From contig JAZKFH010000060.1 in NCBI GenBank assembly GCA_040386535.1, positions 2,539 to 27,074 on the forward strand: 24,536 bases of DNA, in the 5' to 3' direction. This document shows, piece by piece, positions 1 through 8,003 of the stretch (positions are counted from its first letter, which is position 1; every line of letters begins with the position of its first letter). The DNA comes from Myxococcota bacterium (lineage in GTDB: Bacteria; Myxococcota_A; UBA796; SXON01). The translations under genes were made by a program, and so were the position numbers. The notes under the pieces were generated by a model that saw nothing but the letters and a program-made list of their open reading frames with translations, had not been told where the DNA came from and made no database searches.

Positions 1-392
1 CGTTCGGCACCCTGTCGGTGATGAACGGCCCGGGTGAGGCGCCACCCCTCGCGTTTGGCACCCTGTCGGTGACGGACGGCCCGGGTGAGGCGCCACCCCT
101 CGCGTTCGGCCCCGCAGGGGACGAACGGCCGGGGTGAGGCGCCACCCCTCGCGTTCGGCACCCTGCCGGTGATGAACGGCCGGGGTGAGGCGGCACCCCT
201 CGCGTTTGGCACCCTGTCGGTGACGAACGGCCCAGGTGAGGCGCCACCCCTCGCGTTCGGCACCCTGTCGGTGATGAACGGCCGGGGTGAGGCGCCACCC
301 CTCGCGTTCGGCACCGTGCAGGGGACGAACGGCCGGAGTGAGACGCCACCCCTCGGGTTTGGCACCCTGTCGGTGATGAACGGCCTGAGGCG
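1..392. repeat. Tandem array of ~51-bp units (7 full + 1 partial; may continue left of the window)
   Basis: Unit cgttcggcaccctgtcggtgatgaacggcccgggtgaggcgccacccctcg starts at 1, 52, 103 (49 bp), 152, 203, 254, 305 and 356 (partial). Each unit has two imperfect inverted repeats: cgttc..gaacg and gggtg-aggcgc-caccc. Confidence 0.95.
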
Positions 393-530
393 CTACCCCC
401 GTAGCGAGCTCCTTCCGCGGCAGGGGCGCGCAGGGCGGCCGCCCCAGGGGCGGCCGGTCCCGGCCGCGCGCCGCGCGCGGACGGACCGAGCGCAGCGAAG
501 CCCGGAGCCGACCCGACGGCGCCGTCCTCG

Positions 531-647
531 GCGCCGGGCCGCCCACGCCGCATCTGGAGGACGGGCGCCGGGCCGCCCACGCCGCATCTGGAGGACGGGC
601 GCCGGGCCGCCCACGCCGCATCCGGAGGACGGGCGCCGCGCCGCCCA
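531..647. repeat. 34-bp tandem repeat, ~3.4 copies
   Basis: gcgccgggccgcccacgccgcatc(t/c)ggaggacgg at 531, 565 and 599, partial at 633. Confidence 0.93.
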
Positions 648-674
648 GGTGATCTCGCGGAGGGCGCCCGGCCG

Positions 675-1118
675 CTACCCCAGCCGCGAAAAATACCGCT
701 CCACGCTCCGGTCCGGGTCCGCGAGCACGCGCGTGGGGCCGGCGACGAACCCCTCCGAGAGGTACAGGCGGTGGGCGCCGCGGAAGCGCACGTCGCTCCA
801 GAGCTCGGTGCGGGCGAAGTCGCCGAAGGTGGCGGCCTCGCGCAACATGCGGCGGGCGAGGCCGAGGCGGCGGGCGTCCGCGGCGACGTAGATGCGCTTC
901 ACGAGGCGGGCGGGGCCGTTTGGCATCACGCCGGCGGTCGCGACGATGCGGCCCTCGACCTCGGCCACCCAGAACGCGCCGCCGTCGAACGCGGCGCCGA
1001 TGTCGAGCAGGTCGGACTCGAAGCCCGCGTCGAAGACGAGGCCGAATTCGCGATAGATGGCGGCGATGTGGTCGAGCACCGGGTCATCGGCACGCCAGCT
1101 TCGAATCGTGGGGGTCAC
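675..1118 (-). CDS. GNAT family N-acetyltransferase
   Basis: FWVAEVEGRIVATAG, acetyl-CoA motif A (KRIYVAADARRLGLARRML) and AHRLYLSEGF. Start placed at GTG 1118 because AGGAG lies 7 nt upstream; the ORF track extends to 1208. Confidence 0.85.
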   Translation of the reverse strand: MTPTIRSWRADDPVLDHIAAIYREFGLVFDAGFESDLLDIGAAFDGGAFWVAEVEGRIVATAGVMPNGPARLVKRIYVAADARRLGLARRMLREAATFGDFARTELWSDVRFRGAHRLYLSEGFVAGPTRVLADPDRSVERYFSRLG

Positions 1119-1362
1119 GGCGCTGCTCCTCGCGGGGACGGCCGTCGTAGCGCGTGAACCGTCGGTGTGGGACGGGATGGCCGAGGGCGCGTCGCTCAAG
1201 GTCGGCACCGCCGCGCGTCAACTGGCGCACACGGCGGGCGACATCGCGAAGGACGGGCGGATCAGCCGGCTGACGCTGCTCCGCGCCGACGCGGACGAGC
1301 TGGTGCGCCGGACCGAAGCGCTCGCGCGCATGAGCCGGGAGCCCCTTCCGGGGCCCCCGTAG
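1108..1362 (+). CDS. Small hypothetical protein with N-terminal hydrophobic segment
   Basis: Strong G/C bias at codon position 3 through GVTALLLAGTAVVA...ELVRRTEALARM. Start is uncertain (1057, 1066 or 1108) and overlaps the 5' end of the GNAT gene. Confidence 0.45.
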   Translation: MGVTALLLAGTAVVAREPSVWDGMAEGASLKVGTAARQLAHTAGDIAKDGRISRLTLLRADADELVRRTEALARMSREPLPGPP

Positions 1363-1398
1363 AAACCGGGGCCCCCGTAGAAACCGGGGCCCCCGTAG
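1348..1398. repeat. 18-bp tandem repeat x~3 between convergent genes
   Basis: ccggggcccccgtagaaa at 1348 and 1366, partial at 1384; contains the palindrome ggggcccc. Confidence 0.9.
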
Positions 1399-1400
1399 CC

Positions 1401-2336
1401 CTACAGGTCGTCGAGAACCTCGTCCTCGAGGCCCGCCGGCACGGTGCTCGGCTGCTCGGTGATCGTGGCCTCGGGCAGGGTCGGGTCACAGAAGGTGACG
1501 TACCACTTGTCCTTGGTGAAGGTGGAGTCCTGGTCGAGCCACTCCGACCAGCGCGGCATGACGGGGTCCTTGACCTTGTCCTCCATCCGGACGAGGCGGG
1601 GCTGGGCCTGCTGGGAGCCGACACACTGCTTGAACTGGGCGCTGCGCTGGGCGGTGAGGCTGGCGCGCACCTCCTCCTTGCACTTCCCGAGCTTGGTGCG
1701 GTTGCCCTTCTCGCAGATGGACACGATCGCGTCGGACACGAAGCCGTCCCACCGCGCGTCGACCGTCTGGCCCTGCGCGATGCGGGTCTCGCCCTGGGCC
1801 ACGAGCACCTCGTCCTTGGCGACGCGGGTCTCCTCGCGGGACACCACCAGCTCCTCCTCGAGGCGCACCTTCTCCGCCAGGGCCGTGTTGAGCTGGGCGC
1901 GGAGGGACTCGAGCTCCTCGGTCTTGGCCGCGAGCTCCTTCTTGAGCGAGGCGCTCTTGCCGGCGCCCTTCTTGGCCTTGAGCTCGAGGACGGTGATCTC
2001 GTCCTGCTTCGCGTTCACCTGGCCCTGGAGATCGACCACCTTCTTGGTGGCCTCGGTCACCTCGGTCTGGGCGGCCTCCTGCTTCTTCGCGTTCTCGGCG
2101 AGGAGCTGGGCGTAGGCACGATCGCTCGCGTCGAGCTTGGCGATGAGCTCGGCCCGGGAGAGCTCGCCCTCGGGGCGCGAGAGCACCTCGGGGTCCTGGT
2201 AGTACTCGGTGACCCGCGCACCCATGATGCCGAGGACCGCGCCGAGCACCAGGGCCGCACCGTGGCTCACCACCTGCACCAGGCAACCACCCAGGCGTCC
2301 GCCTGATTCCGTTGCCTGACCGTCTGATTCTTCCAT
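1401..2336 (-). CDS. Membrane-anchored coiled-coil protein, hypothetical
   Basis: Single TM (AALVLGAVLGIMGA), a long E/K/A/L-rich heptad region and a C-terminal domain with 4 Cys. AGGAG lies upstream of the ATG. Confidence 0.85.
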   Translation of the reverse strand: MEESDGQATESGGRLGGCLVQVVSHGAALVLGAVLGIMGARVTEYYQDPEVLSRPEGELSRAELIAKLDASDRAYAQLLAENAKKQEAAQTEVTEATKKVVDLQGQVNAKQDEITVLELKAKKGAGKSASLKKELAAKTEELESLRAQLNTALAEKVRLEEELVVSREETRVAKDEVLVAQGETRIAQGQTVDARWDGFVSDAIVSICEKGNRTKLGKCKEEVRASLTAQRSAQFKQCVGSQQAQPRLVRMEDKVKDPVMPRWSEWLDQDSTFTKDKWYVTFCDPTLPEATITEQPSTVPAGLEDEVLDDL

Positions 2337-2444
2337 TTCGGAGGCTCCTGTCCTGCCCCGAGCGTATCTCGCTCCAGGGCGCGGATGTCAGGCTCCAGAC
2401 GCCATTCAATAGCGAAACGTAAGAATTACGAGCACTTACACCGT

Positions 2445-2460
2445 TGGCACGGTCCTTGAA
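2445..2460 (+). promoter_or_regulatory. Candidate sigma54 (-24/-12) promoter for the 2490 lipoprotein gene
   Basis: TGGCAC-GGTCC-TTGAA: perfect -24 box and correct spacing, but GA rather than GC at -12. It lies in an AT-rich intergenic tract ~30 bp before the ATG. Confidence 0.55.
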
Positions 2461-2489
2461 GAAAGGGTAGTCGCAACCCCGAGAATCCG

Positions 2490-3161
2490 ATGCTCATCCG
2501 CCGCGTGACCCTGCTTGCCCTTCTCCTTCTCACCGCCTGTGACGAGGTCGAGCTCGAGCCTCGCCCCCCCGCCGGCCCCGTGCTCGCCGAGGGGCGCTAC
2601 GATCTGCTCGTGCGCGACGTCGTAGCGGTGGAGTGCGGCGAGGACCCCGGCGTGCTGCGCGGGCAGGTGCTTCCGGCCGAGCTCTTGATCGGTGCCGACG
2701 GGGTCAGCTTCTCGTTCGCCGGCTGGATGCTCCACGGTGTGATGGAGCCCGGCAACCTGCACGTCGAGGGCTACGTCGAGGCCGGCGAGCCCGAGCCCGT
2801 CGAGGTCGAAGAGGAGGACGAGATCGACGAGGGCGACAGCGACGAGGGCGATACCGACAGCGTCGAAGCGGGAGGCGAGGACGACGGCCGCGAGGCCGTG
2901 GAGCACGAGGGCCGCCCCGAAGAGGACCCCCGCCCCGAGCTGCGGGCCTCGGCGCTGATCGACGCCACCATCCTCGGCATGGAGCTGGCCGAGGGCTCCC
3001 TGTTCGTCTCGATGCCCGACTGCGAGGTCGAGCTCTCCGTGGTCATCGGGCGCGGCGGCCCGGGGCACCCGGACGAGCCCTCCGAGCCGCCGCACGACGT
3101 GGAAGAGAGCGACGAGCGCGACGAGAGCGACGAGCGCCCGGACGCGGGCAGCGAGGGCTGA
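2490..3161 (+). CDS. Hypothetical lipoprotein with acidic low-complexity insert and tail
   Basis: Signal MLIRRVTLLALLLLTA-C (lipobox); D/E-rich tracts; GC3-biased codons. Confidence 0.8.
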   Translation: MLIRRVTLLALLLLTACDEVELEPRPPAGPVLAEGRYDLLVRDVVAVECGEDPGVLRGQVLPAELLIGADGVSFSFAGWMLHGVMEPGNLHVEGYVEAGEPEPVEVEEEDEIDEGDSDEGDTDSVEAGGEDDGREAVEHEGRPEEDPRPELRASALIDATILGMELAEGSLFVSMPDCEVELSVVIGRGGPGHPDEPSEPPHDVEESDERDESDERPDAGSEG

Positions 3162-3206
3162 CAAAGCCCCGCGGCGACCACGCTCGCGAGCAGGGGGACG
3201 CCTCCC

Positions 3207-3677
3207 ATGGCGCCCCCCGCACAACGGGCTACGCCTTGCGCCGTCGAGGTCCGCGTGGTCTACGCCCTGGTGTTCGGGCTCCTCCTGCCGATGTGCGTGA
3301 AGATGAACGAGGTGCTCGGCCGCAGCGTGGGCGCGGTCGCGGCCTCGGCCAGCGTGCACGCCACCGGCGCCGTGTTCGTCTGCCTGTGCGTGCTCCCCTT
3401 CCTCGGCCGTGAGTGGGTGGGCGGCGTGGCCCGCGCCCCGTGGTGGTCCTTCCTCGGCGGGATCCTCGGCAGCCTGCTGGTGGTGCTCGCCAACCGCTCC
3501 GTCGGCAGCATCGGCGTGGCCGGCTTCACCGCGGTGAGCGTCGCCATGCAGCTGGTGATCAGCGGCGTGATGGACCACTACGGCCTCCTCGGCTCCGAGC
3601 TGCGCCTGATGAGCCCCGGGCGCGTGGCCGGCATCGGCCTCCTCGTCGGCGGCGCGGTGCTGGTGGTGCGCGGTTGA
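3207..3677 (+). CDS. DMT superfamily transporter, YdcZ/DUF606 type
   Basis: ~5 TMs, N.xLGR motif, APWWSFLGGILG and QLVISGVMDHYGLLG...GRVAGIGLL. The start could be a later GTG. Confidence 0.85.
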   Translation: MAPPAQRATPCAVEVRVVYALVFGLLLPMCVKMNEVLGRSVGAVAASASVHATGAVFVCLCVLPFLGREWVGGVARAPWWSFLGGILGSLLVVLANRSVGSIGVAGFTAVSVAMQLVISGVMDHYGLLGSELRLMSPGRVAGIGLLVGGAVLVVRG

Positions 3678-5542
3678 AGGCGGCGCTGGCGGCCGTGCCG
3701 CGCGGGCTCTGGCTGGGCCTGCTCGCGATGGTGGTCTCCGCCGGCCTGCTGTTTGCGCCCGTCGCCACCGCGCCGGCCACCCGGGTGCTCGGCAACTTCC
3801 AGTCCGAGACCGCCACGCACGCCCCGGCGCTCGCGGCCGCGCTCGAAGGGCTGTTCGTCCACGGGCCGTTCGTGCTGGCCGATCATCCGCTGCACCCCGA
3901 AGAGGTGAACGGCGCGATGTACGAGCCGATCACGACGATGTTGCTGTGGCCGGTCTACGCGGTGATGGGCGGCGGCACGCGCGGGTTCACGCTGGCGTGG
4001 AACGTGTGGCACCTGCTCGTGCTCGTCGGCACCGGCGTGGGCGCCTGGATGTGGGCGCGCGCGTGGCTGGGCGAGGCGCGGGATCCCGGCGGCTGGGGCG
4101 CCGGCACCGCGATGGCGCTCGCGTCGGGCTCGTTGTTCCTGCACCTGTCCCCCGAGGTCGGCCGGACCGAGGCCAGCAACTACCCGCTCTACGCGCTGCA
4201 CGCCGGGCTCTTGTTCCGCGCGGCCGTGCGCCCGGTCGGCGGCGGCCGGATGGCATGGGCCTGGGCCGCGCTCTCCGCCGTGCCGATCGTGTGGTCGGGG
4301 GGCTACGGCACCGTGTTCTTCGCGATCGCGGAGCCCCTCCTCGCCTTCTGGGCGCTCTCCGCCTCGCCCGATCGGCGGCGCACCGTCGGCGGCCTGCTCG
4401 TGGTGGCCGTGGTGTCCGCGCTCGCCGCGGCGCCGCTCCTGTGGGCGCTCCAGCAGTACCCCTACATCGGCCTCGCGGGGGAGGGGCAGCGCAGCACGTC
4501 GCCCTCCGTCGCGTACGCGGTGCTGTTCCAGGGCAGCGAGAACCTGCTCCAGGAGCTGCCCGGCTACGAGGTGGCGCCCTTCGCGGGCCTCGTCACGCTG
4601 CTCGCGGCGGCGGCGGCGATCCTGCGCGGTCGGTCGGCCGCCTGGCCGATCGGCGCGGGCCTCTTGCTCTACCTCGTGTCCGCGGGCCCGACGCCCACCG
4701 TGAACGACACCGTGGCGTGGGGCCCCGCCGCCCTGTTCCAGCTCGTGCCCGGCCCGATCGGCTGGCTGCGCGGCTGGACCCGCCTGTTCGCCTTCGCGAT
4801 CCCGTTCTTCGCGGTCGCGGCGGCGGGCCTCGCGCGCGGGCAGGCCGTGGTGGCCGTGCTGATCGTGGGCCTCGGCCTCGGCGAGACCGCGATGCGCCGC
4901 GTCGAGCCCGGCTCGTGGTGGACCTTCGAGGAGGCCCCGCGGCTGGTCGCGATGCGGGAGTCGGGCGAGCGCCTGATCGTGCTCCCGATCGACGGCATCG
5001 AGCGCGCCCGCCGCTGGCTGGACGGCCCCGGCCGCCCCGATCTGTGGAAGCTGATGCCGGACCACGTCCTGTTCCGCTACTTCCAGGACGCGCTCCCCAA
5101 CGATCCCGAGCTGTTCCGCAACAAGTTCGCCGTCCCCAAGGGGCGCTACGAGCCGTGCGCGCTGGTGGAGGACGCGATCCAGCTCCACAACCTCGGCTTC
5201 TCGTCGCTCTACCTCCGCACCGAGTTCCTCCCCCAGGACGGCCGCGGCATGGCCACGCGCGCGCTGATGACCGTGTTCGGCACCCCGCGTGACGAGGGCG
5301 TCTGGCGCCTGCCCACCCGGCTCCCCGAGGCGTGCTGGGAGGGCGTGCCGGTCGAGGAGAAGCCCGCGGTCATCTCGCTGGGCCCCGACGCCGACGAGGC
5401 CCGGCCCGGCCCCCGCACCCCCGAGGAGCGCGCCGCCATCAAGGCCGCCCGCGAGGCCGAGCGCGACCGCGTGCGTGAGGAGCGGCTCAAGGCGAAGGGC
5501 GCGGCGCGCGCGGCGGAAGAGGTGGGCGTAGACGGGGAGTAG
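3674..5542 (+). CDS. Polytopic membrane protein, probable GT-C-fold glycosyltransferase-like (YfhO/PMT-like)
   Basis: TTG start overlaps the DMT stop (TTGA). N-terminal TM, a loop with acidic residues (GNFQSE), ~10 further TMs and a C-terminal soluble domain. The fold call is inferred from architecture only. Confidence 0.6.
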   Translation: MKAALAAVPRGLWLGLLAMVVSAGLLFAPVATAPATRVLGNFQSETATHAPALAAALEGLFVHGPFVLADHPLHPEEVNGAMYEPITTMLLWPVYAVMGGGTRGFTLAWNVWHLLVLVGTGVGAWMWARAWLGEARDPGGWGAGTAMALASGSLFLHLSPEVGRTEASNYPLYALHAGLLFRAAVRPVGGGRMAWAWAALSAVPIVWSGGYGTVFFAIAEPLLAFWALSASPDRRRTVGGLLVVAVVSALAAAPLLWALQQYPYIGLAGEGQRSTSPSVAYAVLFQGSENLLQELPGYEVAPFAGLVTLLAAAAAILRGRSAAWPIGAGLLLYLVSAGPTPTVNDTVAWGPAALFQLVPGPIGWLRGWTRLFAFAIPFFAVAAAGLARGQAVVAVLIVGLGLGETAMRRVEPGSWWTFEEAPRLVAMRESGERLIVLPIDGIERARRWLDGPGRPDLWKLMPDHVLFRYFQDALPNDPELFRNKFAVPKGRYEPCALVEDAIQLHNLGFSSLYLRTEFLPQDGRGMATRALMTVFGTPRDEGVWRLPTRLPEACWEGVPVEEKPAVISLGPDADEARPGPRTPEERAAIKAAREAERDRVREERLKAKGAARAAEEVGVDGE

Positions 5543-5549
5543 GGGGCGC

Positions 5550-6203
5550 CTATCGCTTCGCCTCCGCGTTCCGTGCCCCTTCGAGCGCCCCGAGCCGCGC
5601 TTCCAATGCCGCGATCTGCGCACGTTGCGCCGCAAGCTCGGCCTCCTGCGCCACGATCCGCGCCTCCTGCACCTGGAGCGCCGCCACGGCCATGCTCGTG
5701 TAGCCGTACAGGTCGACCCGGCCGCCGTCCGGCAGCACCGCCGGCGAGCCCGCGGGCTGGTCGTCGATGAGGAAGCCCAGGTGGTGCTTCGCGCCCACGG
5801 GCTCGGTCTTGTAGCGGTAGTCGGCGAGGCGCACGCCCATCAGCGCGTCGTGGAGCGCGGTGGCTCCTGCGTCGTCGAGGTAGCGGATCTCCGTCTTCGC
5901 GGCGCGCAGGCTGATCGGGCAGCCGCCCTCCCCGCCCTTGGGATCCGCGGTCGCGCACACCAGCTCGACGTTGCAGGCGGCCTGCAGGTCACAACCGGCG
6001 CCCTCGGGCGTGCACGTGGCGCCCTCGACCTCCGCGTCGCACACCGGGTTGGTGTGGCGGGTTGGGTCGTAGTCGGCGCAGGCCGGGTCGCCGCACGAGG
6101 TGAACCAGCGGAGCTCGCTGGTGGCGCTCGTGTCGTCCTTCGGCATGGGGCAGCCGGTGCCGAGGAGCGCGGCGAGGAGGGCGAGGCGCGAGAGGGTCGT
6201 CAT
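5550..6203 (-). CDS. Lipoprotein with Cys-rich N-domain and peptidase S74 (intramolecular chaperone/autocleavage) domain plus coiled coil
   Basis: Lipobox LLGTG-C; S-L-R-A-A-K-T-E-I resembles the S74 SDxRxKxxI motif; also YRYK, HLGFLIDD, VDLYG and a terminal heptad tail. Alternative GTG start at 6209. Confidence 0.8.
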   Translation of the reverse strand: MTTLSRLALLAALLGTGCPMPKDDTSATSELRWFTSCGDPACADYDPTRHTNPVCDAEVEGATCTPEGAGCDLQAACNVELVCATADPKGGEGGCPISLRAAKTEIRYLDDAGATALHDALMGVRLADYRYKTEPVGAKHHLGFLIDDQPAGSPAVLPDGGRVDLYGYTSMAVAALQVQEARIVAQEAELAAQRAQIAALEARLGALEGARNAEAKR

Positions 6204-6246
6204 GGACACCGCCGGGATGCGGACAGTGTGCCCTCCCGCCGCTCCC

Positions 6247-6702
6247 TTACAAGGTCTTCTTGATCGGCGCGTCGGGAGTCTCGGTGCGCTTGTCGCGCGC
6301 GGCCTTGAGCGCTTCGAGCTCGGCGCGGGCCCGCGCGACCGGATCGGGCTTGGCGGGGCGGGGGGCCGGCGCGGGAGCAGCGTCCTCGGCGGGCGCCGCG
6401 TCCCCCGATGCCCGCTTCACCGCGGCGACGTCGGCGTTGTAGCGGTTGCGCACGCGGGCGAGCGGGTCGCCGTCGTCCGCCTTGGCGGCCTCCTCGGCGG
6501 CGCCGACACGGCCGAACAGCAGGGTCTCCAGCCCGTCGAGCACGCCGGTGGCCATGCGCCCCGCCGTGGCGACAGCGACCTCGACCGTGGCCTCCACGGT
6601 GGCCCGCGCGGCGCGCTTGCGTGCCTCGTCCGTCAATGCCTCGATCGCGCCCACGGGGGCGGCGTCCTTCTCGTCGGTCGGGTCGTCGGGCGTGCTGGCC
6701 AT
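6247..6702 (-). CDS. Hypothetical Ala-rich helical protein
   Basis: GGAGG upstream of the ATG, GC3-biased codons, fits between neighbouring genes. Confidence 0.75.
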   Translation of the reverse strand: MASTPDDPTDEKDAAPVGAIEALTDEARKRAARATVEATVEVAVATAGRMATGVLDGLETLLFGRVGAAEEAAKADDGDPLARVRNRYNADVAAVKRASGDAAPAEDAAPAPAPRPAKPDPVARARAELEALKAARDKRTETPDAPIKKTL

Positions 6703-6782
6703 CGGGGCCTCCCACGCCGAAGTTAACGCCGCCGACGCGGGTCAGCGCGGGGGTCGGACGGCGACCGTCTGGGCGACCCTCT

Positions 6783-6839
6783 GGGCGACCGACGTGCGCC
6801 GCGGTGCCCGGCTCCCGGGATCGCGCGCGGCGGTGGACG
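6783..6839 (+). repeat. Diverged copy of the ~64-bp hairpin element found at 23114 and 24194
   Basis: Shares gggcgaccgacg, cgcggtgcccggc and cggtg(g/a)acg in the same order; intergenic. Confidence 0.6.
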
Positions 6840-6913
6840 CTCGGATGTCGCCGACCGCGGCCGCCGGGGCCCTCGCGCCGGTCTCGCCTCGCGCCGGTGG
6901 ATACGTCTCCCCG

Positions 6914-8002
6914 ATGCTGCCCCTTCTCCTCGCTCTCGCGTGCCAGGCCGCGCCGCCCTCGTCCGCCGCGCTGCCCTTCCGCTTCGTCTCGATCGCCGAG
7001 ATCGAGCAGCCCACCGCCATCGTCACGCCGGCGTCCGGCCCCGACGGGCTCTACGTCGTGGAGCAGGAGGGCCGCGTGTGGCGCGTCGATCCCGAGCAGC
7101 CGTCGCAGCCGACGCTCGTGGTCGACCTGCGCGACCGCGTCACCGCCGGCGGCGAGATGGGCCTGCTCGGCCTTGCCTTCGCGCCCGACTACCCCGCGGA
7201 CCCGCGCGCCTTCCTCAACTACACCCACAAGCGCGATGGCCAGCTGCGCACCCGCGTGGCCGCCTACCGGGTGAGCCCCGACGGCGCGACGTTCGACCCC
7301 GCGAGCGAGGCCGAGGTGCTCGGCTTCGACCAGCCCTACTCCAACCACAACAGCGGCGCGCTCGCGGTCGGGCCCGACAAGAAACTCTACGTCGGCGTGG
7401 GGGACGGAGGCGCCGGCGGCGATCCACACGGCCACGGCCAGGACCTCGGCACCTGGCTCGGCAGCATCCTCCGCATCGACGTGACGCGCCCCCCCTACAC
7501 CGTCCCCGCGGACAATCCGTTCGTCGCGAAGTCCGGCGCGCTCCCCGAGATCTGGGCGTACGGCGTGCGCAACCCGTGGGGCATGCATTTCGACGGCGCC
7601 ACGCTCTGGTTCGCGGACGTGGGCCAGGACAAGTGGGAGGAGGTGAACCGGGGCGTGGCCGGCGGCAACTACGGGTGGAACGTGATGGAGGCCACCCACT
7701 GTTTCGAGGCGAAGACGTGTGACAGCGCGAAGTTCGTGGCCCCCGTGGCGGAGTACGGGCGTGACCTCGGCCAGAGCGTCACCGGCGGGGTGGTGTACCG
7801 CGGCCCGTCGGTGCCGGCGCTCGACGGGAAATACGTCTACGCCGACTTCGCCAGCGGAAACCTGTGGGTGGTCCCGACCGAGGGCGGCGCCGCGGCCCTG
7901 CTCGGGAACACCGGGATGAACCCCGCCACGTTTGGGACCGACCGCAAGCAGCGGCTGTACGTGGGGGATTATCGTGGCAAGATCTGGCGGGTGGAGCGGT
8001 AG
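6914..8002 (+). CDS. PQQ-dependent soluble sugar dehydrogenase (GSDH/YliI-like beta-propeller), probable lipoprotein
   Basis: GEMGLLGLAF, QPYSNHNSGALAVGPD..LYVGVGDGG, GSILRID, EIWAYGVRNPW, DVGQDKWEEVN, GGNYGW and SVTGGVVYRG motifs. Start set at ATG 6914 (MLPLLLALAC). Confidence 0.92.
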   Translation: MLPLLLALACQAAPPSSAALPFRFVSIAEIEQPTAIVTPASGPDGLYVVEQEGRVWRVDPEQPSQPTLVVDLRDRVTAGGEMGLLGLAFAPDYPADPRAFLNYTHKRDGQLRTRVAAYRVSPDGATFDPASEAEVLGFDQPYSNHNSGALAVGPDKKLYVGVGDGGAGGDPHGHGQDLGTWLGSILRIDVTRPPYTVPADNPFVAKSGALPEIWAYGVRNPWGMHFDGATLWFADVGQDKWEEVNRGVAGGNYGWNVMEATHCFEAKTCDSAKFVAPVAEYGRDLGQSVTGGVVYRGPSVPALDGKYVYADFASGNLWVVPTEGGAAALLGNTGMNPATFGTDRKQRLYVGDYRGKIWRVER

Positions 8003-8003
8003 G

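Noticed and set aside
1..392. CRISPR array
   Set aside because: No unique spacers; the units are nearly wholly repeated and no cas genes are in the window.
85..891. 268-aa ORF
   Set aside because: It is a translation of DNA repeats, out of frame with the first two units, and its 3' part is antisense to the GNAT gene.
5550..6203. Prophage remnant
   Set aside because: The S74 domain is fused to a host-type lipoprotein signal and no other phage genes are seen.
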